Of a stretch of DNA of 64,000 bases, positions 34,598-47,160 are shown piece after piece. Made by a program: the position numbers and the translations under genes. A model generated the notes under the pieces. It saw only the letters and a list, made by a program, of their open reading frames with translations. It was not told where the DNA came from and did no database searches. Positions within the stretch are counted from its first letter, which is position 1. Every line of letters starts with the position of its first letter. Origin of the DNA: Craspedostauros australis. Its lineage: Eukaryota. The stretch is taken from positions 1 through 64,000 of the forward strand of contig JALAGF010003459.1 of NCBI GenBank assembly GCA_030167865.1. Direction: 5' to 3'.

Positions 34598-36355
34598 ATG
34601 AACGATGTCAAGATGGGGCGCAGTACTGTCTGCACACTGGCACGGACAGCGACCATCAGCATACTCGGAGTGTGCATCTTGGCGGCGCCCTGCGTTGGGC
34701 TTCACGCCAACATCTTCAAGAGCCTTTCACGCACACAAACAGCAGCATCTCCGGCAACCATTTCATTGCGGCCGCATCATCGAAGAGCCGACGGCAACGA
34801 TGGTTGTGAATTGACGGCGCTGACGTGCATGTCGAGGGAGGGCATAGACGATCAGCTGCTTCAGTTTGCGAACGAAGTGGGTATTGAATTGGGAGATGGC
34901 GTTCAGTTGATTCAGCACAATGCCCGTGATTGGGGAGTGCGGCTAACGAAGGACAAGGCGAAGGGAACGACGCTGTTGACGGTGCCATCACACGCGATCC
35001 TCTCCTCCAGCGCCATCCTGGAATCAACGCCTCGTTCTGACCTGGATCCTCTCCTGCAGTCGATGGAACAGCGCATGCCGCCTGCATTGCTCAATCAGTG
35101 CCGTCCGGAGTTTCTTCTGGCCTGGAAGCTTCTCAAGGAATGTTCTCGTGGTCCATCCAGCAGGTGGTATGGTTGGATGCAGTGTCTGCCAGAGACACTG
35201 GACACTCCCCTGTACTATGAATGCGAACAAGCGCAGCGAGTGGTCAGGAGACTGGCGCCGCAGTACGTGGAGCAACACCAGCTCCAATTCGAGGCATGCG
35301 TGGATGTTATGCTCGACGTGTTCCGGCAAAACGAAAGGTTCGCCTCCGCTCTGGTGCAGCGCTTCACCACGGACACTCCAGAATCTGCACATCCACCAAT
35401 AGATCCCAAGATTCAGATCCATGCCCTGCGCATGGCGATCAAATGGGCGTATTCCATGGTATGGAGTCGGAGCTGGCGCACGCCATGTGCTCAGCATGCC
35501 ATGATTGTTCCGGTCGGTGATATGTTCAATCACAACTCCGCGCAGCCCAACGTCATCGTGCGCATGGTCGCTCCTGCAGATTCCGCCAGTGGCGGCTTAA
35601 ATGGAGTCAATATCAATCCAAACAGCGTTCACAACCTCGGGAGCAGCGAAGGCGGTGAACCGAGGAACGCGGACCACGTGATACAAGCCCGCTCTTCGTC
35701 GATCCAAGTTGAAGCCTCGAAAGACTTGGCGTCTGGCGACGCGCTCTACTTATCCTATGGCTTGACGCACCACCCTGGCAGATTCCTCGTTACCTTCGGG
35801 TTTGTGGACCAATCTTGCCAGGCCATACCCGCAGATATCATCATTGACAACGGGACGGCAGCACAGGTCGCCACGCATGCGGCGGAGCTTCAACTTGGCG
35901 ATGTCTTTCCGCAAGATGAGCTGGTTTTGTACACGGATGCATCCAGAGGGTCCCGCATCCCAGATGCTGTGTGGCATGCCATGCTTTACAATATTCTGTT
36001 ACGGAACAACAGCAGCGGCGACGGCAGCGGCAGCGGCGGTGCTCCCAGAGATAGCGAACGCTTCCTCTTGGCGTTGAAAGGGATTGATACGTTGGAGAAC
36101 GAAGGTACAGTGCTTGAACTGCACCGGCGATACGAACGCGAAGTTGCCTTGGAGTTGCGAAGTCATCTGGTGCGTTTGGTGGCCACCAAGTACGGTACCA
36201 TTCGGCAGAATGAACCGAAGGCTGTTTCCAGCCGCGGGCAACCACGGCATGAGGTCAGTGCATCGACTGCTCTTTCCATGCTCTGCGAGTACAACCAGAT
36301 GTGTCGACGGGCGGCAGAAGGCGCGATGGTCGAACTCAACGAGGTGCTGCGATGA
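34598..36355 (+). CDS. Rubisco-LSMT-like SET-domain methyltransferase, possibly plastid-targeted
   Basis: LLTVP, SRWYGWMQCLP, KWAYSMVWSRSW, VPVGDMFNH, LYLSYG and FLVTFGFV. N-terminal hydrophobic segment followed by an S/T/R-rich stretch. Confidence 0.85.
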   Translation: MNDVKMGRSTVCTLARTATISILGVCILAAPCVGLHANIFKSLSRTQTAASPATISLRPHHRRADGNDGCELTALTCMSREGIDDQLLQFANEVGIELGDGVQLIQHNARDWGVRLTKDKAKGTTLLTVPSHAILSSSAILESTPRSDLDPLLQSMEQRMPPALLNQCRPEFLLAWKLLKECSRGPSSRWYGWMQCLPETLDTPLYYECEQAQRVVRRLAPQYVEQHQLQFEACVDVMLDVFRQNERFASALVQRFTTDTPESAHPPIDPKIQIHALRMAIKWAYSMVWSRSWRTPCAQHAMIVPVGDMFNHNSAQPNVIVRMVAPADSASGGLNGVNINPNSVHNLGSSEGGEPRNADHVIQARSSSIQVEASKDLASGDALYLSYGLTHHPGRFLVTFGFVDQSCQAIPADIIIDNGTAAQVATHAAELQLGDVFPQDELVLYTDASRGSRIPDAVWHAMLYNILLRNNSSGDGSGSGGAPRDSERFLLALKGIDTLENEGTVLELHRRYEREVALELRSHLVRLVATKYGTIRQNEPKAVSSRGQPRHEVSASTALSMLCEYNQMCRRAAEGAMVELNEVLR

Positions 36356-36676
36356 TCACGGCGTGCGTAGATTAGCTTTTCGTTTTAGCTCTGCGCGGAA
36401 TGCTAACATGCGTATGGGATGCGTCCAACCAGGATGTGCAATTCGATCCTCGCTACTGTCCGTGATACGAAGCGGTGAAATGGATCACCACATGAAGCAA
36501 AGTCAAGTCGTCGAAATGTACACATAATGGTGCACCAACTTGTACTGTACTCTACTCTACTCTACCATCTTCAAGCACGGCCGTGTTGTGTAAGTACCCC
36601 GAAAACGGCAATGATTGTGTTTGTATTTGTGTCTGTGTTTACTTGTATGTAGCTATTTGTGTGCCCATTGTGATGC

Positions 36677-37351
36677 TCATGCTCTGACCATCTTTGGCTT
36701 GCACACCTTTCTCCGCAATCGCAGAAGAGATCCCACGCCCACTCTTCGAACTGGTCCGTTGGTCTTCACTTGAAGCGATGCGGCTGGGCCCTTCACCCGG
36801 CGTGTCATGCCGCTGAGCTCTACCGGTCTGGTCTTGCCAGCCGTCTTCTTGGCCGTTGGCTTGGACTTGGATTGCGGTCGGGACTTGAGCTGTTGGATCT
36901 GCTTGATCTTGGATAGCTGCTTGCCGACGCTGCGCAGTCTGGGAGCAGCCGCCTTTTCTGGAGCTTGGCGTTGGCTGCTGCTAAAGAATGTCGCGTTGTT
37001 CTGTGGAGCAAGGTCTGCGTTCGCGAACGGTTGATGGATGGCTGCAGCGAGGTTGGAAGACGACAACCGAAGTCGCTCGTCGGAACGCGCGGCGATGTGC
37101 GACGGTCTTGCCAGCTGGTTTTCATCCACACGTGGTGGTTGCTGTTCCCAGATATTGATAGATGGCAACTTTCCCGGGCTTGGGACGTTGTGGTGGCTGT
37201 AATATCTGAGGACGCTGTGCGGGAGCTGGCAGGTGGAAGATAGGGCTGCCTGAATCTGTCCCGGGATGATATCATCCATCTGGATGCAGTCGATCGGAGT
37301 CTCTGGGACTTCGTGGATTTGGTTGGAGAATACTGCAATGTGGTCGGTCAT
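36677..37351 (-). CDS. Hypothetical basic protein
   Basis: ORF from MTDHIAV, preceded by a CA-rich UTR-like sequence. No recognisable domain. Confidence 0.45.
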   Translation of the reverse strand: MTDHIAVFSNQIHEVPETPIDCIQMDDIIPGQIQAALSSTCQLPHSVLRYYSHHNVPSPGKLPSINIWEQQPPRVDENQLARPSHIAARSDERLRLSSSNLAAAIHQPFANADLAPQNNATFFSSSQRQAPEKAAAPRLRSVGKQLSKIKQIQQLKSRPQSKSKPTAKKTAGKTRPVELSGMTRRVKGPAASLQVKTNGPVRRVGVGSLLRLRRKVCKPKMVRA

Positions 37352-37842
37352 CTTGATTTGCTGGATTGGATGGTGTCGTGGTTGTTTGTGTTGTGCTGTT
37401 TGTGTTTGAGAGAGAGTTGGTGGGTGGGTGATTACTGTTGGTGCTGTAAAGTACTGTGGACGATTCTTGTGGTGTATTGCCGTGGATGTTGCAGTTGATT
37501 GTGGAAACTGGGCTGGGCTGATTGTGCTGGTTTGGAAATTGTGAGCAAGATGTGGAGCTTGGCCCAACCACTCCGTATTTCATGCGGCCATTCGTTGGAG
37601 TACTCGCACGGTATTCGGACCTATGGTATGTATGGCACGCATGACATGCTGATGCACAGTTGCGAAGTCCAGTGCAAGCAAACGTGGCGATCACGCCACC
37701 GTTGTTCCGCATCTTGTTCCACAGAACACATGGAAAGAAGCGTCTTTTGGATAGAGTAGAGTAGATGGTGTGTTCCATGGTACATACGCAGTTGTCACAA
37801 TCGTCTGACGCAGTGGATGCATCCACGTGTGTGTTCTACTCC

Positions 37843-37865
37843 AGAGAGAGAGAGAGAGAGAGAGA
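37843..37865 (+). repeat. (AG)n microsatellite
   Basis: Directly visible. Confidence 0.9.
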
Positions 37866-38090
37866 CAGAATAGTATGGCGGAGTAAAGTGAGATGTTAGA
37901 GTGCTCATAGTTGCGCATGAATCGAACGTTGTGACCTTCCTCGCTCCAAGGTTCTCCTACCTTTCTCCGAATGTTCAACGAGGGGCATCAACATCAAGCA
38001 TGTGAACAAGCCCGGATCGGGAAGATGACAAAGATTAAAGCACTTTGTTGACTTAAGGTGATGGCGTTTGGGCAGCTGTCATACGTTGCA

Positions 38091-38115
38091 TGGCATGGCA
38101 TGGCATGGCATGGCA
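38091..38115 (+). repeat. (TGGCA)5 microsatellite
   Basis: Directly visible. Confidence 0.9.
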
Positions 38116-38841
38116 TTCTTTGGCATTGGATGTCTCGGATGGATTTTGCAGGCATCATTTTGGCTTTCGGTGGAGAAACAGACACGAAAAAGTGAGATGG
38201 AAACGCCGAAAAGCGTTCCCCATCACGGAGGCGATTGCAGAGAGAAAACAGAAGTGGCCGAAACCACAAGACGGAAAATCCTTGTGGTATTGCAACATGT
38301 TCCGGATTCTCCGGACGCTTGTACTCGTACCCGTATGTCGACATACATCGCAAGTGCGCTTGTGCAGGTGTGAGAGTACAAGGATTCACCGATCCACGCA
38401 TGTTCAGACGAACGTGGCGCTGCACAAACGTGGGTTGCTGTGGACAGAATGGTCGTTTTCACAGCAATCGCATTATCTAGCTTCGTTTGAATGCTATGGT
38501 CTCGGGGGAAGAAAACGAAGAGAGAAAGGGTTCGATTCGGATGACTCAGAAGAAAAGGGTCTGTCTGTCACCCGACAACGACAAACCCGAGAAAACAAGG
38601 AAGGAGACCAAAGATCGAAACGGACACATCACCAGCCGCATCTTTTTGTGTGAAACATGGTGCTGCCTGACGCGCGCATCTGTCGCCATCAATCATCCAA
38701 CAGAGAGAGAGGTATCGCAGCAACTGAAGCCATCACAGTACACAAACGTACTCGTGCCATACCATACATACACTGCTGCAAGGCGCCGATTAAATTATAT
38801 TGCACTGCATCGAATTGAACTGAAGTGAACTGAATTGAAGC

Positions 38842-40407
38842 ATGTTGTCCCGATTCGCCGCAACCACTGCCAGCAGCCTGGGCAATGCCCTGAAGCGCCA
38901 GGCGACAAGCCGCCAGACCGTGCTGACCTTCGCAAGGGCCTTCTCCACCAACTTCGACCGCAGCAAGCCGCACGTCAACATTGGAACCATCGGTCATGTC
39001 GATCACGGAAAGACCACGCTGACGCAGGCCATCACCAAGGTCCTCAGTGAGAAGGGATGGTCCGATGCCATGACGTACGAAGATATCGACCGTGCTCCAG
39101 AGGAGAAGGCCCGCAAGATCACCATCAACACGTCCCACATTGAGTACCAGACGGCGACCCGTCACTACGGTCACATCGATTGGTGAGTGCATGAGTTCAT
39201 GTGTGCTGATGTGCTTGTGTATCTTTTGTGCATGATTGTGCAATCATCAATTACATCGCATGTTGCGAGTCGGATTACAAATGCGGGCATGAGTGCTGCC
39301 TCATTGGACACCAGCGTTCCATTCTATTGCCAATGCTGCTCTACCACTCCAGGATAATTTCTCCATCTCACCCAAGCTTTCGCTGTCTCTTCCCTCTTGT
39401 TGTGCCAACCCATCTCTCTGTTCAATGCATCCCAACTGAACACAACACTCGCTGATGCTCGCAGCCCGGGTCACGCCGATTACGTCAAGAATATGATCAC
39501 CGGAGCCGCGCAGATGGACGGAGGTATTTTGGTCGTCGCCGCCACCGACGGTCCCATGCCACAGACCCGCGAGCACATCCTGCTCGCCAAGCAGGTCGGC
39601 ATCCCCAACTTGGTCGTCTTCCTCAACAAGTGTGACCTGGTTGATGATGAGGAGCTGTTGGAGTTGGTCGAGATGGAGATCCGCGAGTTGCTGGACCAGT
39701 ACGACTACCCAGGTGATGACATCGAGATTATCCGCGGAAGTGCCCTGGCCGCCGCCGAGGGACGTGATGACGAAATCGGAAAGGAGGCCATCCTGTCGCT
39801 GATGGCATCCGTCGACGCGAACATCCCAGAGCCAGAGCGTGTGTTGGACAAGCCATTCCTCATGCCGATCGAGGACACATTCTCGATCGCCGGACGTGGT
39901 ACCGTCGTCACTGGACGTGTCGAGCAGGGAGAGGTCAATGTCGGAGACGATCTCGACATCGTTGGTATGAAGATGGACAACAAGACCACCTGCACCGGAG
40001 TGGAAATGTTCCGCAAACTTCTTGACAAGGGTATGGCTGGAGACAACATCGGCGCGCTGCTGCGTGGTTTGAAGCGTGAGGATGTGCGACGTGGACAGGT
40101 GCTGTGCCAGCCAGGATCCGTCACGCAGGGAACCAAGTTCGAGGCCGAGATCTACGCCCTGACGAAGGAGGAGGGTGGACGTCACAAGCCATTCATGAAC
40201 AACTACCGACCGCAGTTCTTCTTCCGAACATCAGATGTGACAGGAGCGTTGGATCTCATCGGCGACACGGAGATGGTCATGCCAGGAGACAACACTTCCA
40301 TCGTCGTCGACCTCATCACACCAATCGCGTTGGAGGCAGGACTTCGTTTCAACATGCGTGAGGGTGGCCTCACTGTCGGCACCGGTATCGTCACGAAGGT
40401 GCTCTAA
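38842..40407 (+). CDS. TUFM: Mitochondrial elongation factor Tu
   Basis: Exons 38842-39182 and 39465-40407 restore [17 protein letters not shown]. Also GHVDHGKTT and NKCD, with a mitochondrial presequence. Confidence 0.97.
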
Positions 40408-41092
40408 GCAGTTCATTGCGTTACACCGTGATGCGATGTGCTCTGCTGAACTAGAGGTCGGGTTCGTGGACTCTACGAGTATTGCGGCGAATGGTGATTG
40501 GTGCAGGATGGCGCCCGTTGGCATGATCATTGATTGGCGTGTGATTGAAGCTTTCGTGGCTGCATGTGGCTGTTTGGATTCCACATCATTCACGTACCTA
40601 TACACGCAAACAACGGCGCTTCTTTGGTGTAGTTGACAAGAATGCGACGGTTGAGCGTGGCGTGATGCCATTTGTTGGACACAGTCATCCAGAGATCTGT
40701 TCGCATGCTATTGGGCACAGGAAGCGACACACAAAGCAGAGCAATGTACCATTCACGCAAGCAGGACTATCATAAACATGAGATATCATACAAAGAAGAA
40801 ATTTAACTGAACAAAGAGCAATTCCCGAGAGAACACATCGTCACCACTGATCCCAAATTCCGGTTGAGTGCAATCAGCTTCACTCGAAACGTCGCACGCA
40901 ACGGAAGTTGGCGCATTGCTGTGCTTCTCTACTCTATTGAAGAATACGACACAACTTCTCCATTTCCGCAGGGACAAGAGTGATTGTGGAGTATCATACA
41001 TATGTAGCTCGCGACGCTGTCCATACATGGCATGGCACGATGGGCGGTGATGATACGATATGACGAGAGTATGGTATGACATTTGCTCTACT

Positions 41093-41840
41093 CTACGACT
41101 GCGCCAAACCTATGACGCCGAATGCCACTCGTGGTCCTGCGTTGCCTGTCTCCAGTGACTTTTCCTGTCCGCCCTTGCCGCCATCGTCCTGTCCAGCGCA
41201 AATGACCAGCGATCTGCCGATGATGGAATGCGGTCCAATGAGCTTGACCAGGCTGTCCTCGATCTGCACGGCGCAAGCACCGGCCTCGTCGCCTTCGACG
41301 TTGCCGATGTCTCCGACCATTCGCTGGGTTGGATCGTCGGTTGGGGCGCCGTGTGTTTTGCCTGTTTGTGCGAGCGTATACGCGAGAGTGCATGTGCGTG
41401 CATATGTGGAATGGAATATTGGGAGTATTGGAAACGAGGATGAAAGATGAAGGAGGACGTTGCAACAAAGCAGGAGACAATTGGGTGAGATGGAATGGAG
41501 TTGAACATTGGTTTGGATTTGGAAAGGTTGCTGGCAACAATTGCAGTCTACCACCACTATCACTATCACTACCACCATCACATCCGCCGCCCGCAGAGTA
41601 ACGAGGAAACAAGCATGAGATCGACATACCGAATGGATTGAAGATAGGTCCGCAGGAGACGCCGGATCCCGTGATGTCGCCGTACGTGCAGATCTGGATG
41701 CCGTGCTTCTGTCCGGCGGTCAATCCCCGCAGCTGACCCTGGATGACGGTGGGTGCCGATTCGGAGGCCTGGGACAGACGGATGGTGCCGCTGACTCCGG
41801 CGGTTCCCTCGCTGCGGAGGACGCAAGTGCAAGTGGCCAT
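41093..41840 (-). CDS. Cu/Zn superoxide dismutase-like protein with degenerate metal ligands
   Basis: Exons 41840-41630 and 41361-41093 (GTATGT...CAG). SOD1 scaffold FNPFGKTHGAP, VGDIGN, SIIGRSLV and TGNAGPR. Confidence 0.9.
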
Positions 41841-42750
41841 GTTGGATCGGTATTTACAGTGTTGTAGAGAGTTGTGGAATAGCTTAGGTTGTTCGCTTGT
41901 TTGCTTGCTTGCTTGGTTGGTTCTTCAAAACGCTGGCTGGTCGTTGCTGCTGCAATTGCTTTGGACTGTCGGATGCAGTGAGCGTGGATGTGTGGATGTG
42001 TGGTTGTGTTGCTTCGCTGTTGGTGCTGCCGTTCGCGATCTCCATTGTCGGTGCTGTTGGCGTCCTTCCTGTTCGCGGTCTTCCGTGTTGCGCGAAGAGA
42101 CAGAACAACCACCACGACGAAAACGAGAGGCTGATGAATCCGAGATCTACCGATGATGGACAGACGATGTGAATCGAAGCATGTTGCGTTCGACTCAAGT
42201 GATCCATCTTCTATTCATTTTGTGTGCCCCAGTCAGCACTGGTATATGTAACGGTCTAACGGTCAATGCGACATATATCCGTTAAGTAGAAACATCGTGA
42301 AGTCGATGGGGTCAACGTGTTTCTTCATGTTTTTGTCTGCGAATCGTGGAGAGTTCTTCACGCTGCCGTGGTTGTGTTGGTTGACTGTGTTCGCAGCGAG
42401 ACAACAGCGTCAATTTGGAAGCAGAACCGCTTCGCGCAACGGACACAGAACGACACGACGAACGAGCTGCTACTCGAAGCGCAACAGAACGCAGTACAAC
42501 CCAAAGAACGGAAGGGAGAAGCAAAACTGCACAGCGACCTCCGCAGCCATCCGCACTGCGAACATCAACAACGATTGAAAGTGGCAGAAAACAACACGAG
42601 TCGCCAGCGAGGGAAGCAGAGAATACGCTCTCGGAGACAAGAGACGCTCTGGTCGGAAGCCCCAGCATCATCCCAGAGGAGAACTGCACTGCGCGACGCG
42701 TCGAGGGCGGAGAAATAACTCTCGACGACTGCAGAGGAGACGAGAACGTC

Positions 42751-42790
42751 CTGAGGCATACCCTGAGACATACCCTGAGACATACCCTGA
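42751..42790 (+). repeat. 12-bp tandem repeat (CTGAGACATACC), about 3.3 copies
   Basis: ctgaggcatacc ctgagacatacc ctgagacatacc ctga. Confidence 0.85.
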
Positions 42791-43063
42791 TTCACTCTGC
42801 ATCAGAGACAGCAACTGCGGCTGGTTGGAGTCCAAGCAAGTGCAGAAGCGCAGTTGCGAAGCATCGGCGCCATCATCCAAAGCGAACGGAGCGTCACAAC
42901 GTGAGGGAGCGCGCTGCTTGTGGAAGTAATCGCATACGCAAGGCTTCTCCATTCACTCTTCGCTCTTCACCAGACGGTTACGGCAATACTGCGAGTATTG
43001 TGCTGAGCTGTGTTGCGAAGGACGTACAATACGCACAAATACGTACACCATCCATACTTCCAT

Positions 43064-43154
43064 CCAATATACACAGCCATAACTGCATCCATCACTGCAC
43101 CCAATATACACAGCCATAACTGCATCCATCACTACACCCAATATACACAGCCAT
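43064..43154 (+). repeat. 37-bp tandem repeat, about 2.5 copies, ending in the start codon of the DUF6824 gene
   Basis: CCAATATACACAGCCAT recurs at 43064, 43101 and 43138. Confidence 0.9.
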
Positions 43155-46100
43155 GTCAGAGCTACCAGGACGCACTCCCGCTGGGGAATTCATCCAAACC
43201 CCACATCCACATGTAAGTCAATGCAACTCAGCTATGGTACCGTGCAAGCGATGTATTGTATTATACAATGCTGCATTGTTGACGATGCAACTTTGCTCAT
43301 CCACTCTCATCTTCTCATCACTTCAACCATTCCCCCACTCCTCTCATGATCATGGCTATCGGCTCATCCATCTCTGTCACCGTGTCCGTGCACAACGACC
43401 TGCAGGATGTGCTGTGTGGAAGAGGAGGTTTGACGAACCAGCATCCAGGCAACGAATGGTTCCGCAGATTGGTCAGAAGTAACCGCGCGCTGTATCGTTC
43501 ATGTCCCAAGCATACGAAGCTGCTGGTCGCCAAGGCCATCGTTCAGGCAGTCGAGCAGCAGGAGCCACCAGGCAGATTCCTAGAGGGAGATAAGGTATCC
43601 AAGGGCGCATGGCGCACCATCACCTACAAACGCTCGGTGGACAAAACGTCGCAGGCATTGCGAGAGAAGGACCCAGCTGTCAAGGATGCGGGTGCTGGAA
43701 AGGGACCCAAGAAGCAAGGCGCCGCGCAGGGGAAGGCCAGCAAGACGAAGATCCAGCTCCAGCAGGATGTGGGGAAGAAACCCGCCACGTTCGACGCCAA
43801 TACATCGGAAGAACCCGCGCAGGGTGCCACCATCACGGTCAGAGTTCCACCGCCAGCAGACACCAAGCAGATCCCGCCACCCAACACAAAGACCAAGGCC
43901 GCGCGCAAACGAAAGGCCAAGGAGGCCGCGGCTGCTTTCGTCAAACCTGCCTGGTGGAGCCGTGGGGCACCGCCCAGCGCGGCGACCATGGGCTGGAATG
44001 CGGATACTTACGCGAACCAACAGGGCAACGCCATGCAAATCAACGGGGGGATGGCCGCAGGCATCAATGCCAACATGCAAATCAATGGAACGCCGATGGA
44101 CATGGCGAATGCCATGGGGATGGCCATGCAGATGAATGGCGGTGCATCCATGCAGAAGCGAATCAAGATGAACAACGACGTGGGAATCAATGGGAACGGC
44201 GCCAATGCAAATTGCTTCCAAAACAACAACAACAACAACAACAACAACCAGCAGCAGCAGGCCTTCAACGCGAACAACAGCAATTCAGCAAATAACAGCA
44301 TTGCCAGCACCAATGCCAGTGTCAGTGGCAATATGAACGGGGGAACAACAGCGACTAAGCAGGGAGACGAGGAAGAATTGGTCCCTCTTCCACCAAAGGC
44401 ACTGGAAGCGCGACAATCCTCCCTGTTCCGCTTCCTCAATGGTTCCAGCTTCTTCGGTTCTTCGTCCACCAAAAAGAGCAACGCAAATGTCAGCAGCAAC
44501 AACGGAAACGCTGGTGGAGCCGTGCAGCCAGCGCCCTTGTCATCGTCGAGCAGTCTCTTTGGATTCCCACCCTTTGCAGCATTTGCTGGTTTTGGTGGCA
44601 ACCCTGGAAACCAAACCAATAATGCCGGCAACAAGAAAAGTGCCGCCAGCAACAAACCTGCAAACATGAACACCGCTGTAAATGGCATCGCTAATCCGGC
44701 CGCTGCTCACGCTTTTATGAACTCGATGAGCAACAACATGGCAATGATGCAGCAGCAGATGAATCCAATGCAAATGGCAAACCTCTCAGCTGCCCAGCAG
44801 CAAGAAGTCCAGAACGCGTACGAAATGTTGCGCAAATCGCAACAGGCATTCAACAACGCACTGCAACGCACCAGTGCCATCGCACCAATCAGCGTGAACA
44901 ACAGCATGGCAGCCGCAGCAGCCGTGGTGCGAGAGATGGAGAGGAAGCAAGAGCTGGAGCAACAACCACAACAGCCGGCGCAAAATCAAAACACGAACCC
45001 TCAGTCGTTTGCGGAAGTGCAGAAGTTCATGGACAACCAAAGGCTCTCCACCACGGCGAACACCATGGCGGCAGCCGCAGCAGCAGTCCAAGCATTCGAC
45101 GCGCAACGCCGTGCCAGCCAGTTGGCAATGAATCAACGACAGGGTGCGGCACGTGCAGGTGGCATAGACCCAATGCCGTTGCCATTGACCGATGCTGGTA
45201 GCAACGCAGCTGCCAACCCTCGTCAAGCGCAGATTGGCAACATGATGAAGTCGCTCATGCAAGGAATGCAGGATGGGCAACCGGGAGAAGCCGGCAACGA
45301 TGGCCAACAGGATCAAGCCCAGCAGCCGCAGCAAGATACCGCGAATGCATCAAACGGTCCAGCCAACGGCGCGCAAGGCGGTTCCGATCCTCCCCCGATG
45401 AATCGCTTGACGTCGCAAATGTCGGACTGGTTGGTCTCATTCTGGCCTTTGGGGAAGGACCCGAACGGTAACCCGCAACAGCAGCAACAACAGAATCAGG
45501 GTAGATCGCAACCGCAGCAACCAGCACTACAGACTCCGCAGCCAGCACGTCAACAGCAGCAGCAGCAGCAGCAAGCCAGTCAAAGCAATGGGGCGAATGA
45601 AGACGAAGATATTACCTCCGGGCCAATAGCACTACCGACGAGCTTGGAACCAGGAATCAGCACAACCTTGTTGAAACTGGCGTCGTCTCCATCTCAAATC
45701 ATTAACAACTTCCGCACTGGGATGACTTCATACTTCCGAGGAGGTGAGCAAGGGGAGGAAGAGCAGTCAGGTCAGCAAGGTGAACAACAATCGCAACAAC
45801 AACCAACGATGCAACAAGCACAGCAAATGCAGCAGAAGCAGCAAGCGAAACAGCACCAACAAGCAGCCCTCCAGAAGCAAGCACCAAAGCCCGCACCGCA
45901 GCAGAAGCCGCAGGAAAAGCCCGTGAAGAAACTTCAGATGGTCCCACCACCGTTCGCCGGTTTCCCAATGAACCAGAATGCAGCGCAGGCCAATGTTAAT
46001 GTGATGAACAAGGCTGTCAGCATGCCGGCCGCACCATTACCAGGAGGCGTGCCACCACCACCGACTTCAATCTTGGGTACCTCGTCATCCTCTGGGCAGC

Positions 46101-46174
46101 GGCGATCCTCATTGCTCGATGATTACGACGAGTCTCCATTGGAAACGCAGCTACGCAACGTCCGATCTGTCTAG
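43153..46174 (+). CDS. DUF6824-domain protein with long Q/N/M-rich disordered region
   Basis: Exon 43153-43212, intron 43213-43405 (GTAAGT...CAG), giving PHPH|DVLCGRGG..NQHPGN.WFR..PPGRFL..KTSQALRE. Confidence 0.88.
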
Positions 46175-47160
46175 AGAGAGTAAGCCACATCACTGTCACT
46201 TCCATGTCAGCATCATAGAGAGCACACATTTTAGGGAGAGTACTCGCTGTGTGCGCAATGCATCAACATTCTCCTCCATTCACGATCAGGACTCAAAAAC
46301 TACATCCTCCAAGAAAAAGTCATCAGACCAAAATCGCAATAGTTGTCGCAGATTGGAAAGTGTTTGGTGCTTCTAAGACTACACGATACACTGCGCTATT
46401 TGCAGGGCTCCATCCGTGCTCATTCTGGGCTCCGCTTCCGGTGTAAGACGACCATGGCTGTGTTTCACGGTCGCACCGCCGAAGATTGGCGACGAGTTCT
46501 ACGCGCTTCATTGCAGCATCAGTTGCCGCGTGGTTTGCATTTTGGATGCGAGTGGTCCTTCCATCCACATCCACGAGGTGACGATGATGTCATCTCTGAT
46601 CCAATCTTTAGCTACAATGTCATGATAGTAAGAGAGAGACAGATAGGCCCATAACCCAAGAGGATATCAACATGGAACAGTCTCAAGCAGGTGTGAGATT
46701 CACGAGGCAGAGGGTGAACGCATGAGCACGAGCTATGTGCCGATGCCAGTGCCAGTGCCGGTGCGTTGATTTGCTCTGCCATGGCATTGTCTTGCGTGGA
46801 TCGTACCTTGTAGATACTCGTATAGTATGTTGTTTGTGGCTCGTGGTGGTGGCGACTGCGGGCTACCATAGGCTGTACATCGATACACTTGTCTGAGATG
46901 TATTTTGTTTGGTATTAGATCAGGTTAGATAATGGAGCTGCACCACTCTCCTGGACCCCATCGATGGGTCCCCGAGAGGATGGGAGCTTGCCTGGTTTCT
47001 TCGCACTTGGAGCCTGGATAATGTTAATAGAGAGTATCGGGTTGTTTTTTGTTTCAAAGATGCAAATGAAATACGGGGTCACATGGGGGGTACATACACG
47101 AAAAGAACGGAAATCTGAGAATCTGTCACTGTCGTCTGCTGTCATCGTTGTCCTGGACGC

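Noticed and set aside
43064-43154. CRISPR-like repeat spacing
   Set aside because: The intervening sequences are near-identical, so it is a simple tandem repeat; eukaryotic context and no cas genes.
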